This document shows positions 1 to 8,894 of a DNA stretch of 64,000 bases, piece by piece. The notes below the pieces were generated by a model. The model saw only the letters and a program-made list of their open reading frames with translations. It was not told where the DNA came from and searched no databases. Both the position numbers and the translations under genes were made by a program. Source of the stretch: a virus; the IMG/VR virus record IMGVR_UViG_2509601031_000003; one strand, given 5' to 3'. Position 1 is the first letter of the stretch. The number at the start of each line of letters is the position of its first letter.

Positions 1-513
1 CACTGGGCTGTCTGAGCTAATTGCTGTCCAAACAATCAGCCGAACTAATCCCATCTCGTCCACGATTTCTGCGTTGTAGTCCGCGTAGAGCGAATTGACA
101 ATTTCTGGATCGGGATTGTCTTCTAGAATTAGCGCAGTTTCAAACGCAAATCCAACCGCAGATTTAACTTCACGCTGATTGTGATCGGTCATCAAGACGC
201 GCCCAGCCTGCCCCCGCGTCATCTGCTGCAAGATATTGAGATGCCAGCGCTCGCGAGAGCGATCGACTAAATTATCCGAAGCGTGCCACGCGCAAACAAA
301 CCATTCCGAAGCTTCCCAAGTTTCGCCCGTGTATTGATTAATCTTCTCAAGCTGCTGCGGAGTTGGCTCGCCCATGTGCAAATCAAGTCCGCTCGTATCT
401 GTCGCCTGGGCGATTCTAAGCGGGATCTCTTTCTGAACAGGGGTTTGTTTTAGGTAGTTCCCGACGAGCGCTTTCACGTCCTCGAATAGTTGCTCTTCTG
501 TGATGGCTTCCAT
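1..513 (-). CDS. Putative prohead/capsid maturation protease (5' part, runs off window)
   Basis: Manual translation from ATG 513 (MEAITEEQLF...ASDNLVDRSRERW...LMTDHNQREVKSAVG) stays open to base 1; VDR...DH pattern and position directly after portal. Confidence 0.5.
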   Translation of the reverse strand, partial: MEAITEEQLFEDVKALVGNYLKQTPVQKEIPLRIAQATDTSGLDLHMGEPTPQQLEKINQYTGETWEASEWFVCAWHASDNLVDRSRERWHLNILQQMTRGQAGRVLMTDHNQREVKSAVGFAFETALILEDNPDPEIVNSLYADYNAEIVDEMGLVRLIVWTAISSDSPV

Positions 514-538
514 AGTTACAGCTCTACTAAGTGAATTG

Positions 539-561
539 AAATCGGACAGGCTGTCCGTTTT
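539..561. repeat. 23-bp palindrome copy 1
   Basis: AAATCGGACA-GGC-TGTCCGTTTT; overlaps portal stop. Confidence 0.95.
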
Positions 562-1999
562 AGACGGGGACTTTGATTTGATTGCGGACAGAACGAAGCT
601 CGACTGCTGCATCCCACAGCCGCCGAAAATCTTGATCTGATACTCCGTCTGACATTCTGAGATTGAGTGTGAGCAGTGCCGCATCGATCGCGGGTAAGTC
701 CTCCACCGATGGATCTCTCAGGATCAGCGAAGCATTAAGCAGCGCCTGCTCTGTTGGAGTCGGTTGAGACGATTGCTGCATCTGCTCAAACCCTGTTACA
801 AACCAATCGCCCCAAGCAATATCAAAGTACTGCCCATCAGATATGTAAAAATCCCATCCTTTTTTGAGGACGATTTCAACGCTAACCGACCATTTAATCT
901 GCTCTGAAAGGTGCGATCGCAGATTGGCAATCATACGGGCGTAAGCAAGTGCGGGCTGATTCGCAATCTCCTTGCCTGAGTTTGACTCTAACCCCAGCCC
1001 AGGGAACAGATAGTGCGGCAATCCCGGCGGGAGCATTTGATAGCGCAGGCTCAAATAGTAATCAACTAAAGGCTTAAGAACATTCACCCCGCTCATTGCT
1101 TTGCGGACATCTGCCCCGCTCAGCAGATAGAGATTCGTAACAATTCCATCATTCAAAAGTGACTCATGGCGCTGCTGATACTGCTCTCGGTAACGCTCAT
1201 CTTTATCGGGCGGCATGACGTGAAGCCACGGCGCGATCGCAACTTCTCGCGCCGCGTCTTCGAGATCTGGCGAAGCCGCCTTAATCTTGCGCCACGGTTC
1301 TGAGCTTTGGAAGCTAATCGGATTGCCATAGAGCCGATCTTTCTCGTAAGAGAACTGAAGCATTTTAACGGGGTGAATTAAACGATCTGTATCGCTCGGC
1401 GTTATTCTCTCCTGCTGGCGGTACATCCCAGGCTCCTCATGCTCGTCTTCATCGACAAACATCGAGAGCGAGGGTAGATAGAGCGATCTTGAAATTCCCC
1501 AGTCGTTCGGCCCGATCCCTTCCCGCTCGATCGCAAATTCTAAAAAGCCGTCCCCATAGCTCATCATGTCCCGCGCGGCCCGCTGTAAGCGATCTCCGCC
1601 AAGAACTAAGGTTTTCCCATTCCGCCGAGCAGCTATATCTCGCCCGATCGCAATCACATCCGGGTGGACCTTCCGCCCGTCTTCTAACGTCTCAGCAATT
1701 CGCCATGAAGCGGATCGCCCGTCGATTTGCTGAAAGCAGTCTCGCGACAGAATTGAAATCGAGTGGCGCATCTCATAGCTCCACGTCCGCATTTCAACTA
1801 ATTCTTGGGAAATACTCAAATCACCATAAATCGGGCGAATTGGTTGCTCTGGTAGCGGCAGAGTTGATCGCCTGCGCTGCCGATTGCCGATCGGGTACTG
1901 TGATCCTTGCAGCGAACTGTTATCCGCTGATGTGAGTGTGCCTGCCGTAAAGAAGCTCCACAGGCGTTGAATAAGGTTGCGTCTAGTGGGTGTTGCCAT
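560..1999 (-). CDS. Phage portal protein
   Basis: 479 aa; MMSYGDGFLE and LYGNPISFQS segments resemble portal motifs; downstream of terminase in the same orientation. Confidence 0.65.
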   Translation of the reverse strand: MATPTRRNLIQRLWSFFTAGTLTSADNSSLQGSQYPIGNRQRRRSTLPLPEQPIRPIYGDLSISQELVEMRTWSYEMRHSISILSRDCFQQIDGRSASWRIAETLEDGRKVHPDVIAIGRDIAARRNGKTLVLGGDRLQRAARDMMSYGDGFLEFAIEREGIGPNDWGISRSLYLPSLSMFVDEDEHEEPGMYRQQERITPSDTDRLIHPVKMLQFSYEKDRLYGNPISFQSSEPWRKIKAASPDLEDAAREVAIAPWLHVMPPDKDERYREQYQQRHESLLNDGIVTNLYLLSGADVRKAMSGVNVLKPLVDYYLSLRYQMLPPGLPHYLFPGLGLESNSGKEIANQPALAYARMIANLRSHLSEQIKWSVSVEIVLKKGWDFYISDGQYFDIAWGDWFVTGFEQMQQSSQPTPTEQALLNASLILRDPSVEDLPAIDAALLTLNLRMSDGVSDQDFRRLWDAAVELRSVRNQIKVPV

Positions 2000-2139
2000 C
2001 CCAGTATTTTGAGTTGGGATAATGAGATCGCATCTCTAACGCCCGTTGCAAAGATTTTTACAAAATTTCAGCCGCAACTGAAATTTCTTGGACGGATTTG
2101 GGTTTGATAGCAAAAGGCGAGATCGTGGAGCAAACACAA

Positions 2140-2349
2140 ATGATCAGTTTTGTTCGCAATCTAATCTACTCAGTTCAAGTTGATCGCGAGTTCCAGCAGC
2201 TCGTAGAGTCGCAGCCCCAAGAAACCCAAGAGCGTCTTCGCATTCAGAATCAACTCATTCGGCAGGGTTACACGATCGTAGAAGCTCAGCATGCCTACGA
2301 TGAAATGATGGGCAATGGAAAAATCTGGCAGTACTGGGCGGAAGACTAG
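2140..2349 (+). CDS. Hypothetical protein
   Basis: Small ORF opposite to the packaging operon, converging on the XRE gene. Confidence 0.35.
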   Translation: MISFVRNLIYSVQVDREFQQLVESQPQETQERLRIQNQLIRQGYTIVEAQHAYDEMMGNGKIWQYWAED

Positions 2350-2705
2350 CTTGCAACCTGACCACCGAGCAGGCATGAAACGATCATCCTTTGCCGATGT
2401 GCGATCGACGATTGCAATTCCGAAACCTTCCCCTGATACTCTTCGATCCGCTTCAAATCCGCCTCAATGCTGGCTAGCTCCGCGAGTACTTTCTGATTAA
2501 AGTCGGGGTCGATTTCAACCGGAGAAACAGAAAGGCTTTTCGCTACCTGAGCAATCGTGTAGCTACTGCACCTCGTTTTCCCCTGCTCTAATCGGCTGAG
2601 GGTAGAGGCATTAACAAAGGCGCTACCACCTAAGCGGCGGAGTGATAGACCCTGCTGAATCCGAAGCTCTTTAATGCGAGAACCGGGGAGTTGACTACGC
2701 TGCAT
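2346..2705 (-). CDS. XRE-family HTH regulator with coiled-coil tail
   Basis: RIKELRIQQGLSLRRLGGSAFVNASTLSRLEQGK is a typical XRE HTH. Confidence 0.8.
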   Translation of the reverse strand: MQRSQLPGSRIKELRIQQGLSLRRLGGSAFVNASTLSRLEQGKTRCSSYTIAQVAKSLSVSPVEIDPDFNQKVLAELASIEADLKRIEEYQGKVSELQSSIAHRQRMIVSCLLGGQVAS

Positions 2706-3429
2706 AAGATCGCGGTCTGTACTGGTGAAAGAAGGTGAGTAGATTGTCGAGCTGAATACTGCCAGTCGTTCGCTGGTTTTCCAAATTTAGCAGGAGTACC
2801 GGATTTTGATACTCGACTTCGTATTCTCCATCCACCTTACGCCGCTTAACACCGTTTCCTGCGTCTGTTTGAGTCAGGATCAGAACCTGCCCGAACATCT
2901 GTTTAATCCGAATTACCTCGGCCTCTTCACTCGTAAAATCGAACCCCGCCCAGTAATCAATTTGAATTGCAGGAGTTTGGGGCCGCTGTGTGGGCCGGGT
3001 GCGACGTGGGCTTGAAGAATAAATCCCCGCTGGCGCGGCTGAGTAAAGCGAGGGCTGTAGTAACCCGTACCCTAAAATCTGCAGTTCCCCCGTCTTAGAA
3101 TCAATCTCAGCTTGTTCAGGATCAAGGTCAACCCACCCAGCAACAGGCGCGTCTAGGCTGTAGCTCGGCAGTGTTCCGCCTCGAATCTTGACGCGGATCG
3201 GAGTCTCTTCAGCGATCGGTAAAATCGGCAGGTTTGCGAGGTACGCTCTGCCGTCACCGGAGAGATTTAGTGTTTCAGTAAACTTTGTAGGACTCAGAGG
3301 GCGATTCGCGCCAAGGACGCTTTCGATTAAGAACTGTGTTGAGACGATCGCGCTTTCGAGCGCCGCCCCGTATAGGCTCAGCGCAGGCGCGTAGGTTAAT
3401 GCTTCCGATGCTTCAATAATTGTTTTCAC
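2695..3429 (-). CDS. Putative head-tail connector/adaptor
   Basis: GTG start chosen; IQIDYWAGF...IKQMFGQVL...VKRRKVDGEYEVEY resembles gp6/gp15-type adaptor C-termini; lies in head module. Confidence 0.45.
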   Translation of the reverse strand: MKTIIEASEALTYAPALSLYGAALESAIVSTQFLIESVLGANRPLSPTKFTETLNLSGDGRAYLANLPILPIAEETPIRVKIRGGTLPSYSLDAPVAGWVDLDPEQAEIDSKTGELQILGYGLLQPSLYSAAPAGIYSSSPRRTRPTQRPQTPAIQIDYWAGFDFTSEEAEVIRIKQMFGQVLILTQTDAGNGVKRRKVDGEYEVEYQNPVLLLNLENQRTTGSIQLDNLLTFFHQYRPRSYAA

Positions 3430-3503
3430 AAGCTTCGCTGTCCTGCTCTCAAGTATTGCGCTGTGGCGCAAGCAATGGAATTCATATTACTCGCGGAAGC
3501 TTG

Positions 3504-3526
3504 AAATCGGTCACGCTGTCCGATTT
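3504..3526. repeat. 23-bp palindrome copy 2
   Basis: AAATCGGTCA-CGC-TGTCCGATTT. Confidence 0.95.
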
Positions 3527-3794
3527 GGGAAGATCAGCGATCATAGCTTTCACCGTTACTTCCCAAAGTACAGCAGGAACCCATTACGCCAGCTTTTACA
3601 GGGGCTTCCAAAGTAGCCACTAAGCGGTACAAGCCCAACGATTCCCCACCCCAAAAACTTGCCGCCGTCACTTTCATCACTTTGTACGCGGCACAGGCGG
3701 ATGAACAGCCATTGCAAGACATAGAAGTTTAGAAAATGCATCACGTTACGCTTACCTCAAAAAAGCTCGAATACCCCGTGAATCAAGAATCGCC

Positions 3795-4124
3795 TTAGAC
3801 GAATAACGTAAACCTTGCAAACCAAAGATAAGACCGATCGCTCCTAATCCAAAGCTCAGGCTCTTCTAACAAGAACTCATGGCCAGAGTCAGCCTTAATC
3901 CTGATGGGGGATAGCGCCTTGATTTCGCTCTCTAACTGAAGCCTGTCAGAAGTGTAACCGCCCATTGCTGGCAGCGCCTGCTTAGGATCAAAAGTGAGAG
4001 TGAATTTTGTCTCCGCCGAGGCATCAGCATCGCACAAAAGCAGGAAATCTTTAATAATCTGCTTGCGATCGTCGGGAACCGCCGCGTCACTAAACTCAAC
4101 TTCTCTAATCTCGACGTAAGCCAT
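3795..4124 (-). CDS. Hypothetical phage protein
   Basis: 109-aa ORF, co-oriented with head module. Confidence 0.5.
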   Translation of the reverse strand: MAYVEIREVEFSDAAVPDDRKQIIKDFLLLCDADASAETKFTLTFDPKQALPAMGGYTSDRLQLESEIKALSPIRIKADSGHEFLLEEPELWIRSDRSYLWFARFTLFV

Positions 4125-4131
4125 AATTTCT

Positions 4132-4467
4132 CTAGTAAATCAGCAATCGGTGAGGAAAGCCCGGAAGCGTAGGGCTAAGAGTATTCTCGAAGATAAGCGC
4201 CCTAACTCGAACATCTATCGATCTATCCTCTATCGCATTCCGATCTCGCTCAACCCGCTCTTTGTTAATTGCTAGGCAAATCTGATCGAGGGTTGGCAAC
4301 TCACTCCAGACTCCTAAAGTTACTCGATTAATGTGGTCATAAAGCTCGGCTTTTTGAATCACTGGAAGTTGCCTTCTGACCTCAGTTAGATGTCGATCGT
4401 AGTTTTCGGCAATCTCGATCACACTTTCCCCGCTAAACAGGACAGTGAGTTTAATTTCTTGACTCAT
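4132..4467 (-). CDS. Hypothetical phage protein
   Basis: Likely start MSQEIKL at 4467; the longer track ORF reads through a 23-bp repeat. Confidence 0.45.
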   Translation of the reverse strand: MSQEIKLTVLFSGESVIEIAENYDRHLTEVRRQLPVIQKAELYDHINRVTLGVWSELPTLDQICLAINKERVERDRNAIEDRSIDVRVRALIFENTLSPTLPGFPHRLLIY

Positions 4468-4501
4468 AATGCGATCCTCCGGCTTTGGGAAGCGATAGCG
4501 C

Positions 4502-4524
4502 AAGTCGGACAGCGTGACCGATTT
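4502..4524. repeat. 23-bp palindrome copy 3
   Basis: AAGTCGGACA-GCG-TGACCGATTT. Confidence 0.9.
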
Positions 4525-4644
4525 GCGCGGATTTGTAGACACCACAAAATTCAGTAATTACGCCCAACTATCTTGGAGCGGTGGACACTACAATAAAAGC
4601 ATGAGGGAAAACAGTTTATCCCCCTCAAAGGAGAGGTTAACAAC

Positions 4645-4845
4645 ATAGTTCAGTCCAATGGAAACGGGAACGGTTCTCAAGACTACAACCCGTCGAAAAC
4701 TTTCCACCACATCTACGAAGATACCTGGCTGGAAGATAACGACGAGGAACCGGGTCAAGAGAAAATCGTGAGTACAGACGACCTGTTAAAGGAAGTCGGT
4801 GACGACGATGACTCTGAAACGCGGGATCTTAAGAACCGTAACTAG
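4645..4845 (+). CDS. Small acidic protein with apparent ATA start
   Basis: SD-like AAGGAGAGG (4628-4636) 8 nt before ATA; 66 codons, D/E-rich; followed by hairpin. Confidence 0.4.
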   Translation: MVQSNGNGNGSQDYNPSKTFHHIYEDTWLEDNDEEPGQEKIVSTDDLLKEVGDDDDSETRDLKNRN

Positions 4846-4855
4846 ACCGTAAACA

Positions 4856-4888
4856 AGGCTCCCCAACTCGCACTTGGGGGGCTTTCCT
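4856..4888 (+). terminator. Hairpin/terminator
   Basis: AGGCTCCCCAA...TTGGGGGGCTTT after stop at 4845. Confidence 0.45.
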
Positions 4889-4906
4889 AACCGGAGAATA
4901 CCTCAG

Positions 4907-5230
4907 ATGACACGAATTATCTACCCTAGTTATTTTCGAGTTGTGAAGCGAGATCGAGAGGGGTGGCATTTTCGCCACGGCAAAGTGTTCTACGGCCCAT
5001 CTGATCGATCTAGCGACTGGGTTGAAAATCGAGAGCAGCTTTTTGGGCTGAGTGACGAGACGATCGCGGTAGAGCTATTCCGCCTCAAGCTCGGCGCGGA
5101 AGGTTACTATCTCGCAAATTTGCGCGATCGACAGTATTACTACTGCGGCAGTGATCTCTCAGATGTTGCCGCCACTTTACGTCAATTTGGAATTGGTCGG
5201 GGTGAGCCGACGGGAGATACGCATGAGTGA
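4907..5230 (+). CDS. Hypothetical protein (cyanobacterial type)
   Basis: MTRIIYPSYFRVVKRDREGW...GYYLANLRDRQYYYCG; GGAG upstream. Confidence 0.6.
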   Translation: MTRIIYPSYFRVVKRDREGWHFRHGKVFYGPSDRSSDWVENREQLFGLSDETIAVELFRLKLGAEGYYLANLRDRQYYYCGSDLSDVAATLRQFGIGRGEPTGDTHE

Positions 5231-5393
5231 GGAGCCAAAGCGGGGGCGTGGTAGACCTCGCAAATATGAGAACTCCAACGATCGCCAAGTGGAGTGGAAA
5301 AAGCGCACCGACTTTGAGAAGTCAGAGAAACGGCGCAAGTATAAAGCAGAATGGGCCGCTCGTAAGCGAAGGCAGCAAGCTGGGGAGCAGTGA
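5223..5393 (+). CDS. Small basic protein with AT-hook-like motif
   Basis: KRGRGRPRKY; coupled to upstream stop. Confidence 0.55.
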   Translation: MSEEPKRGRGRPRKYENSNDRQVEWKKRTDFEKSEKRRKYKAEWAARKRRQQAGEQ

Positions 5394-5396
5394 CTC

Positions 5397-5419
5397 AAAT
5401 CGGTCAGCGTGACCGATTT
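5397..5419. repeat. 23-bp palindrome copy 4
   Basis: AAATCGGTCA-GCG-TGACCGATTT; contains terL stop. Confidence 0.95.
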
Positions 5420-6696
5420 CGAGATCTTACAGATCCAATCGGCGCGGACATCTCATGACTGACCTCAGAGATCGGCATCACCTTCGATATGAAATAGCCC
5501 GAAGAATCATTAAGGTGATCAAACCCCTGTGTCTTATCCGGCTGCCCATCTTTCCAAACCTGCTGCTCTAGGCACTGCACATACTCAGGACACCGCAGCG
5601 CGTTCACTCGATAGCGGCGCTGCCCCTTCGCATTGCAGAAGGCCGCGTTCATTGCATTAATGCGATCGCGCACTGACGGATTTGTCTTATCTACAATGAC
5701 CTCGAAGCCCGCCTGCTTCAATAGCGCGATATCAGACTCAGAAGCGTTCTTAGTGCTGCGATTATTCCCGCTCGCGTCTGGATAAACCTTGATTAATCCT
5801 TGCTTCGCGTGGTCTGGGTAGCGCTCCTTAATCGCGACAATCATCGCAGGTGTGTCTTGAAGATTCACAAATTCATCCACGGCCCGCGGCTCCTGCATCC
5901 GAAAAACATGAACGACCGCCGCCATTTTGCCCACGTTGAAATCCATGCCGAGATGTAGGTATTCGAGATCCGGTTCATCCAGGCAATTGTTCAGCGCGCG
6001 ATCGAAGCTGGTATAAATCGCGCCTTGGGTCAGGTTTACAAATTCCCCATTCAGGTAAGCGCGAATCAGTTGCGGCGGATAGTTTTCGAGCAGCGACTCG
6101 ATAAAGTCCTCCGGCAGAAACGGATTATCGGTTGATTTGGCATGAATAAGTCTGCGATCGCTTTTTCCCGCCGCCTCTTTCACAAAGAACTCCCACAGCA
6201 GCCCGAAACCTTCGGGCGTACTGACGACAGCCACTTGCCGCACCTTACCGACGCGAATCCGCCCCATTAGCAACTTGAACGCGGGTTTACTAATACGCGG
6301 CTCAACCACGTCAATTTCATCAACACAAGCAAAGCTGAGGTTATTGGCCCGAATCCGCCGCCAGTTCTCAAAGCTGCGAACTAAAACGCGAGTTTTACCA
6401 TTCGGGAAAAACAGGGTGTAGGACGGCAAGGGAGACGCACGAAATTTGTAGGGGATACCCAAAGCCTCAAGCTGATCATCCATCTCAGGAATCAGCGTGT
6501 CATTTGCGAGGGTATGCGTTGGACTGTAGAGCGCTCCATCCGTTCCGACATTTTTTGAGGCTAATAGAATCGTTTTCAGGATTAGGCTTTTGGTCTTTCC
6601 TGCTCCAAACCCTGCGACCAACGCGAGATATTTACTCGTGAAATCGTTGCAGAAACTAAGCTGATGCTTCAGAACTTGCGTCTTCGCTATCGTCAT
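5404..6696 (-). CDS. terL: Terminase large subunit
   Basis: Walker A-like AGFGAGKT, Walker B CVDEID, STPEG, nuclease motifs GMDFN, YPDASG, DHLND. Confidence 0.95.
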   Translation of the reverse strand: MTIAKTQVLKHQLSFCNDFTSKYLALVAGFGAGKTKSLILKTILLASKNVGTDGALYSPTHTLANDTLIPEMDDQLEALGIPYKFRASPLPSYTLFFPNGKTRVLVRSFENWRRIRANNLSFACVDEIDVVEPRISKPAFKLLMGRIRVGKVRQVAVVSTPEGFGLLWEFFVKEAAGKSDRRLIHAKSTDNPFLPEDFIESLLENYPPQLIRAYLNGEFVNLTQGAIYTSFDRALNNCLDEPDLEYLHLGMDFNVGKMAAVVHVFRMQEPRAVDEFVNLQDTPAMIVAIKERYPDHAKQGLIKVYPDASGNNRSTKNASESDIALLKQAGFEVIVDKTNPSVRDRINAMNAAFCNAKGQRRYRVNALRCPEYVQCLEQQVWKDGQPDKTQGFDHLNDSSGYFISKVMPISEVSHEMSAPIGSVRSRNRSR

Positions 6697-7216
6697 CGGG
6701 TGTAATTAGTTCTAACTCAATACCATCGGGGGCAGATTCTTCGACTTGTTCTTTGAATATTCCGAAGCGATCGGCAAGTTTTTCTAAAGCTCTCAATTTA
6801 TCGTGCATCGCGATCGTCGTTGTTACTTTTTCGATTGGATTCCCGTCCTTTACTGGAATCGTCATCGTCGTTACGCTAATCGATTTAATCGCGGCAGTGA
6901 CATCTTTACCAAGTGTTGCTGAGTCTTTCAGCTTGACCCCGCTTTCGTTAAAACTAATCACATCAGTGATGTCACACAAGGCAATGCGGATAAACTCTGT
7001 GAGGACACGATCGCTGTCAATTTGCAGTCTTTCCGCTTGTCTTGCCTGCAATTCGGCAAGATAAGCCTGAACGTTAACATTCGCCAACAGCCTAGAAGCC
7101 GCAGACCGCCCCGCTTTGTCGTTTTTGGGTTGGTATCCTGCCCGTCGATACGCAGCAGCGGCATTGAAATCGATCGCGAATTGTTCTGTAAATCGTTTCT
7201 GTCTCGGGGTCAGCAT
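6656..7216 (-). CDS. terS: Terminase small subunit
   Basis: LTPRQKRFTEQFAIDFNAAAAYRRAGY...ASRLLANVNVQAYL and DKLRALEKL; immediately upstream of terL. Confidence 0.92.
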   Translation of the reverse strand: MLTPRQKRFTEQFAIDFNAAAAYRRAGYQPKNDKAGRSAASRLLANVNVQAYLAELQARQAERLQIDSDRVLTEFIRIALCDITDVISFNESGVKLKDSATLGKDVTAAIKSISVTTMTIPVKDGNPIEKVTTTIAMHDKLRALEKLADRFGIFKEQVEESAPDGIELELITPDDDSEDASSEASA

Positions 7217-7227
7217 TACTAAAGGGT

Positions 7228-7461
7228 CTATTCTTCGGTGCTTCCGTTATACGTTAGATCATTGTTTTCTGAGACATGCAGCAAGCCATCTTCGATTAAC
7301 TGGCGTTTTACTGCATTACGAATGTAGGTTTGTCGATCGTTGATCTTCGACTTATCCCTCAGAATTTGTGTGACTTCACTTGGAAACCGCACGGTAATAG
7401 GATCTTCCTTGCGAGAGGTTCCAACCCCGAAACCTTGGAACTGATGATCTTCGATCGGCAT
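7228..7461 (-). CDS. Small ribbon-helix-helix-like DNA-binding protein
   Basis: PITVRFPSEVTQILR...RQTYIRNAV. Confidence 0.5.
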   Translation of the reverse strand: MPIEDHQFQGFGVGTSRKEDPITVRFPSEVTQILRDKSKINDRQTYIRNAVKRQLIEDGLLHVSENNDLTYNGSTEE

Positions 7462-7492
7462 TTTTCAGGTCTATTAAACTTCTTGTCTAGGG

Positions 7493-7588
7493 TAGCGTGT
7501 ATACACGTGGATAAGCTCAGTGTTTGTACGTTACTCAGCTTTGATTAAGTTCCGTAGTTCTATCGCTCTCATTTAGCGTGTGTACACG
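7493..7588. promoter_or_regulatory. Pair of palindromic operator-like sites in divergent intergenic region
   Basis: TAGCGTGTATACACG (7493-7507) and TAGCGTGTGTACACG (7574-7588). Confidence 0.55.
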
Positions 7589-7593
7589 GCAAG

Positions 7594-7998
7594 ATGGGCA
7601 TATCAGCAACTAGGAAAAACGATATGTTCACCAAATCCGCAGCAAAAAGAATCCTCGCAAGCCTCGCTACTAAAATCGAAGCAGTTCGCGAACTGAAGAA
7701 CGTCGTTCAAGTTACCTACAGAACCCGCAAAGGTCGCTGCTCTACCTTCATCAGCAAGAAAGCATTCGAGCGGGATTTCGTTGAGTTTCGCAAGGCTGGC
7801 GCAAAATCACTCATTGTTGAGACTGTTAAATTTCAGTCTGGCGTTTTCAATGTCTACAACACGGAAAAGAAATCCCAGTACGTTGTGAATACCCAGTTTG
7901 CTTGCACCTGCGAAGATTACCAGCAACATCAAAAGCCCTGCAAGCATGTGTATGCGGTTCTTGGAGTGGGTTCTCTTGCTGATGCGATCGCGGCTTAA
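7594..7998 (+). CDS. SWIM zinc-finger protein
   Basis: CTCEDYQQHQKPCKHVYAV (CxCx9CxH). Confidence 0.75.
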   Translation: MGISATRKNDMFTKSAAKRILASLATKIEAVRELKNVVQVTYRTRKGRCSTFISKKAFERDFVEFRKAGAKSLIVETVKFQSGVFNVYNTEKKSQYVVNTQFACTCEDYQQHQKPCKHVYAVLGVGSLADAIAA

Positions 7999-8010
7999 GG
8001 AGTACAAATC

Positions 8011-8283
8011 ATGACAACTAAGCAACAGCAACTTTTAGACTTACAAATCAGCATCGCTCGTGAAGAATGCCAAAAGCAATTACGGGAACTCGTCAAAGAC
8101 GCAGTAGTTGAACCGGTTGAAAACGGCTTTGTGGTTCACAACTATCGCGATCGTAAAAAAGGAAAACCTAAAGATGCTTGGATTCCAAGTGCTCAAACAT
8201 TGATTAGTCAGGATTTCTGGGTATGTCACCCCTTCCCTGAGAATCTTTACCAGTTTGTAGGCGAATGGCTTAAAGAGAATTGA
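8011..8283 (+). CDS. Hypothetical protein
   Basis: AGGAG RBS upstream; 90 aa. Confidence 0.55.
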   Translation: MTTKQQQLLDLQISIAREECQKQLRELVKDAVVEPVENGFVVHNYRDRKKGKPKDAWIPSAQTLISQDFWVCHPFPENLYQFVGEWLKEN

Positions 8284-8305
8284 AATCGGACAGGCTGACC
8301 GTTTT
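8283..8305. repeat. 23-bp palindrome copy 5
   Basis: AAATCGGACA-GGC-TGACCGTTTT; overlaps stop 8283. Confidence 0.95.
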
Positions 8306-8318
8306 CAAATATCCAAAC

Positions 8319-8555
8319 TCAGCACAACTCTGTGAAACCCTTCAGAAGATTCTGTGCTGCTCGACTTAGCTCAGGTTGCACCCAGACGGGAAGTTCTAGA
8401 TTATTCGCGATCGCGTATTGCTTGGCTTCTTTCAACACTGCATATCGTTGCGACGGAACCGCGCCGCGAACATAACCTCTCAGGATTTCAGCCAATCTCT
8501 TCTTGACTTGTACTTGGGTTGGTTCGGGAGCAATCTGGCGAAGGTGGGGCAACAT
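8319..8555 (-). CDS. Hypothetical protein
   Basis: 78-aa ORF. Confidence 0.4.
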   Translation of the reverse strand: MLPHLRQIAPEPTQVQVKKRLAEILRGYVRGAVPSQRYAVLKEAKQYAIANNLELPVWVQPELSRAAQNLLKGFTELC

Positions 8556-8582
8556 TTTTCGGTCTTGTTTTGTGAGGTTCTC

Positions 8583-8894
8583 TTATACCTCACGATTCTC
8601 TGTTCGGTTTGGATTTTGCAAAGCCGCACGAATCTCCAAGAACGGAACATTGTCCGAACTGCCCCAACCGTAGTTTCTATCCCAGTAAATGAAGCTTGAC
8701 CAACCGCTTAGACGATCGACTAAAATCCAAGTCGGAACTTTCCGGCGCTTGCGAACACTCCATCCGCGCGATCGTAAATAGCTCATCACGCGCGGATCAA
8801 GTCCGTACTGTGGCAAGTAGCAGTAATTTGACATACTTTCGACTACACAATGACAACACAAACGAGGCGGGAAATTCAGCGCATCGCTGAACAA
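8583..8894 (-). CDS. Hypothetical protein (true start may be internal)
   Basis: Trp/Arg-rich 103-aa ORF overlapping the sigma start. Confidence 0.35.
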   Translation of the reverse strand: MFSDALNFPPRLCCHCVVESMSNYCYLPQYGLDPRVMSYLRSRGWSVRKRRKVPTWILVDRLSGWSSFIYWDRNYGWGSSDNVPFLEIRAALQNPNRTENREV

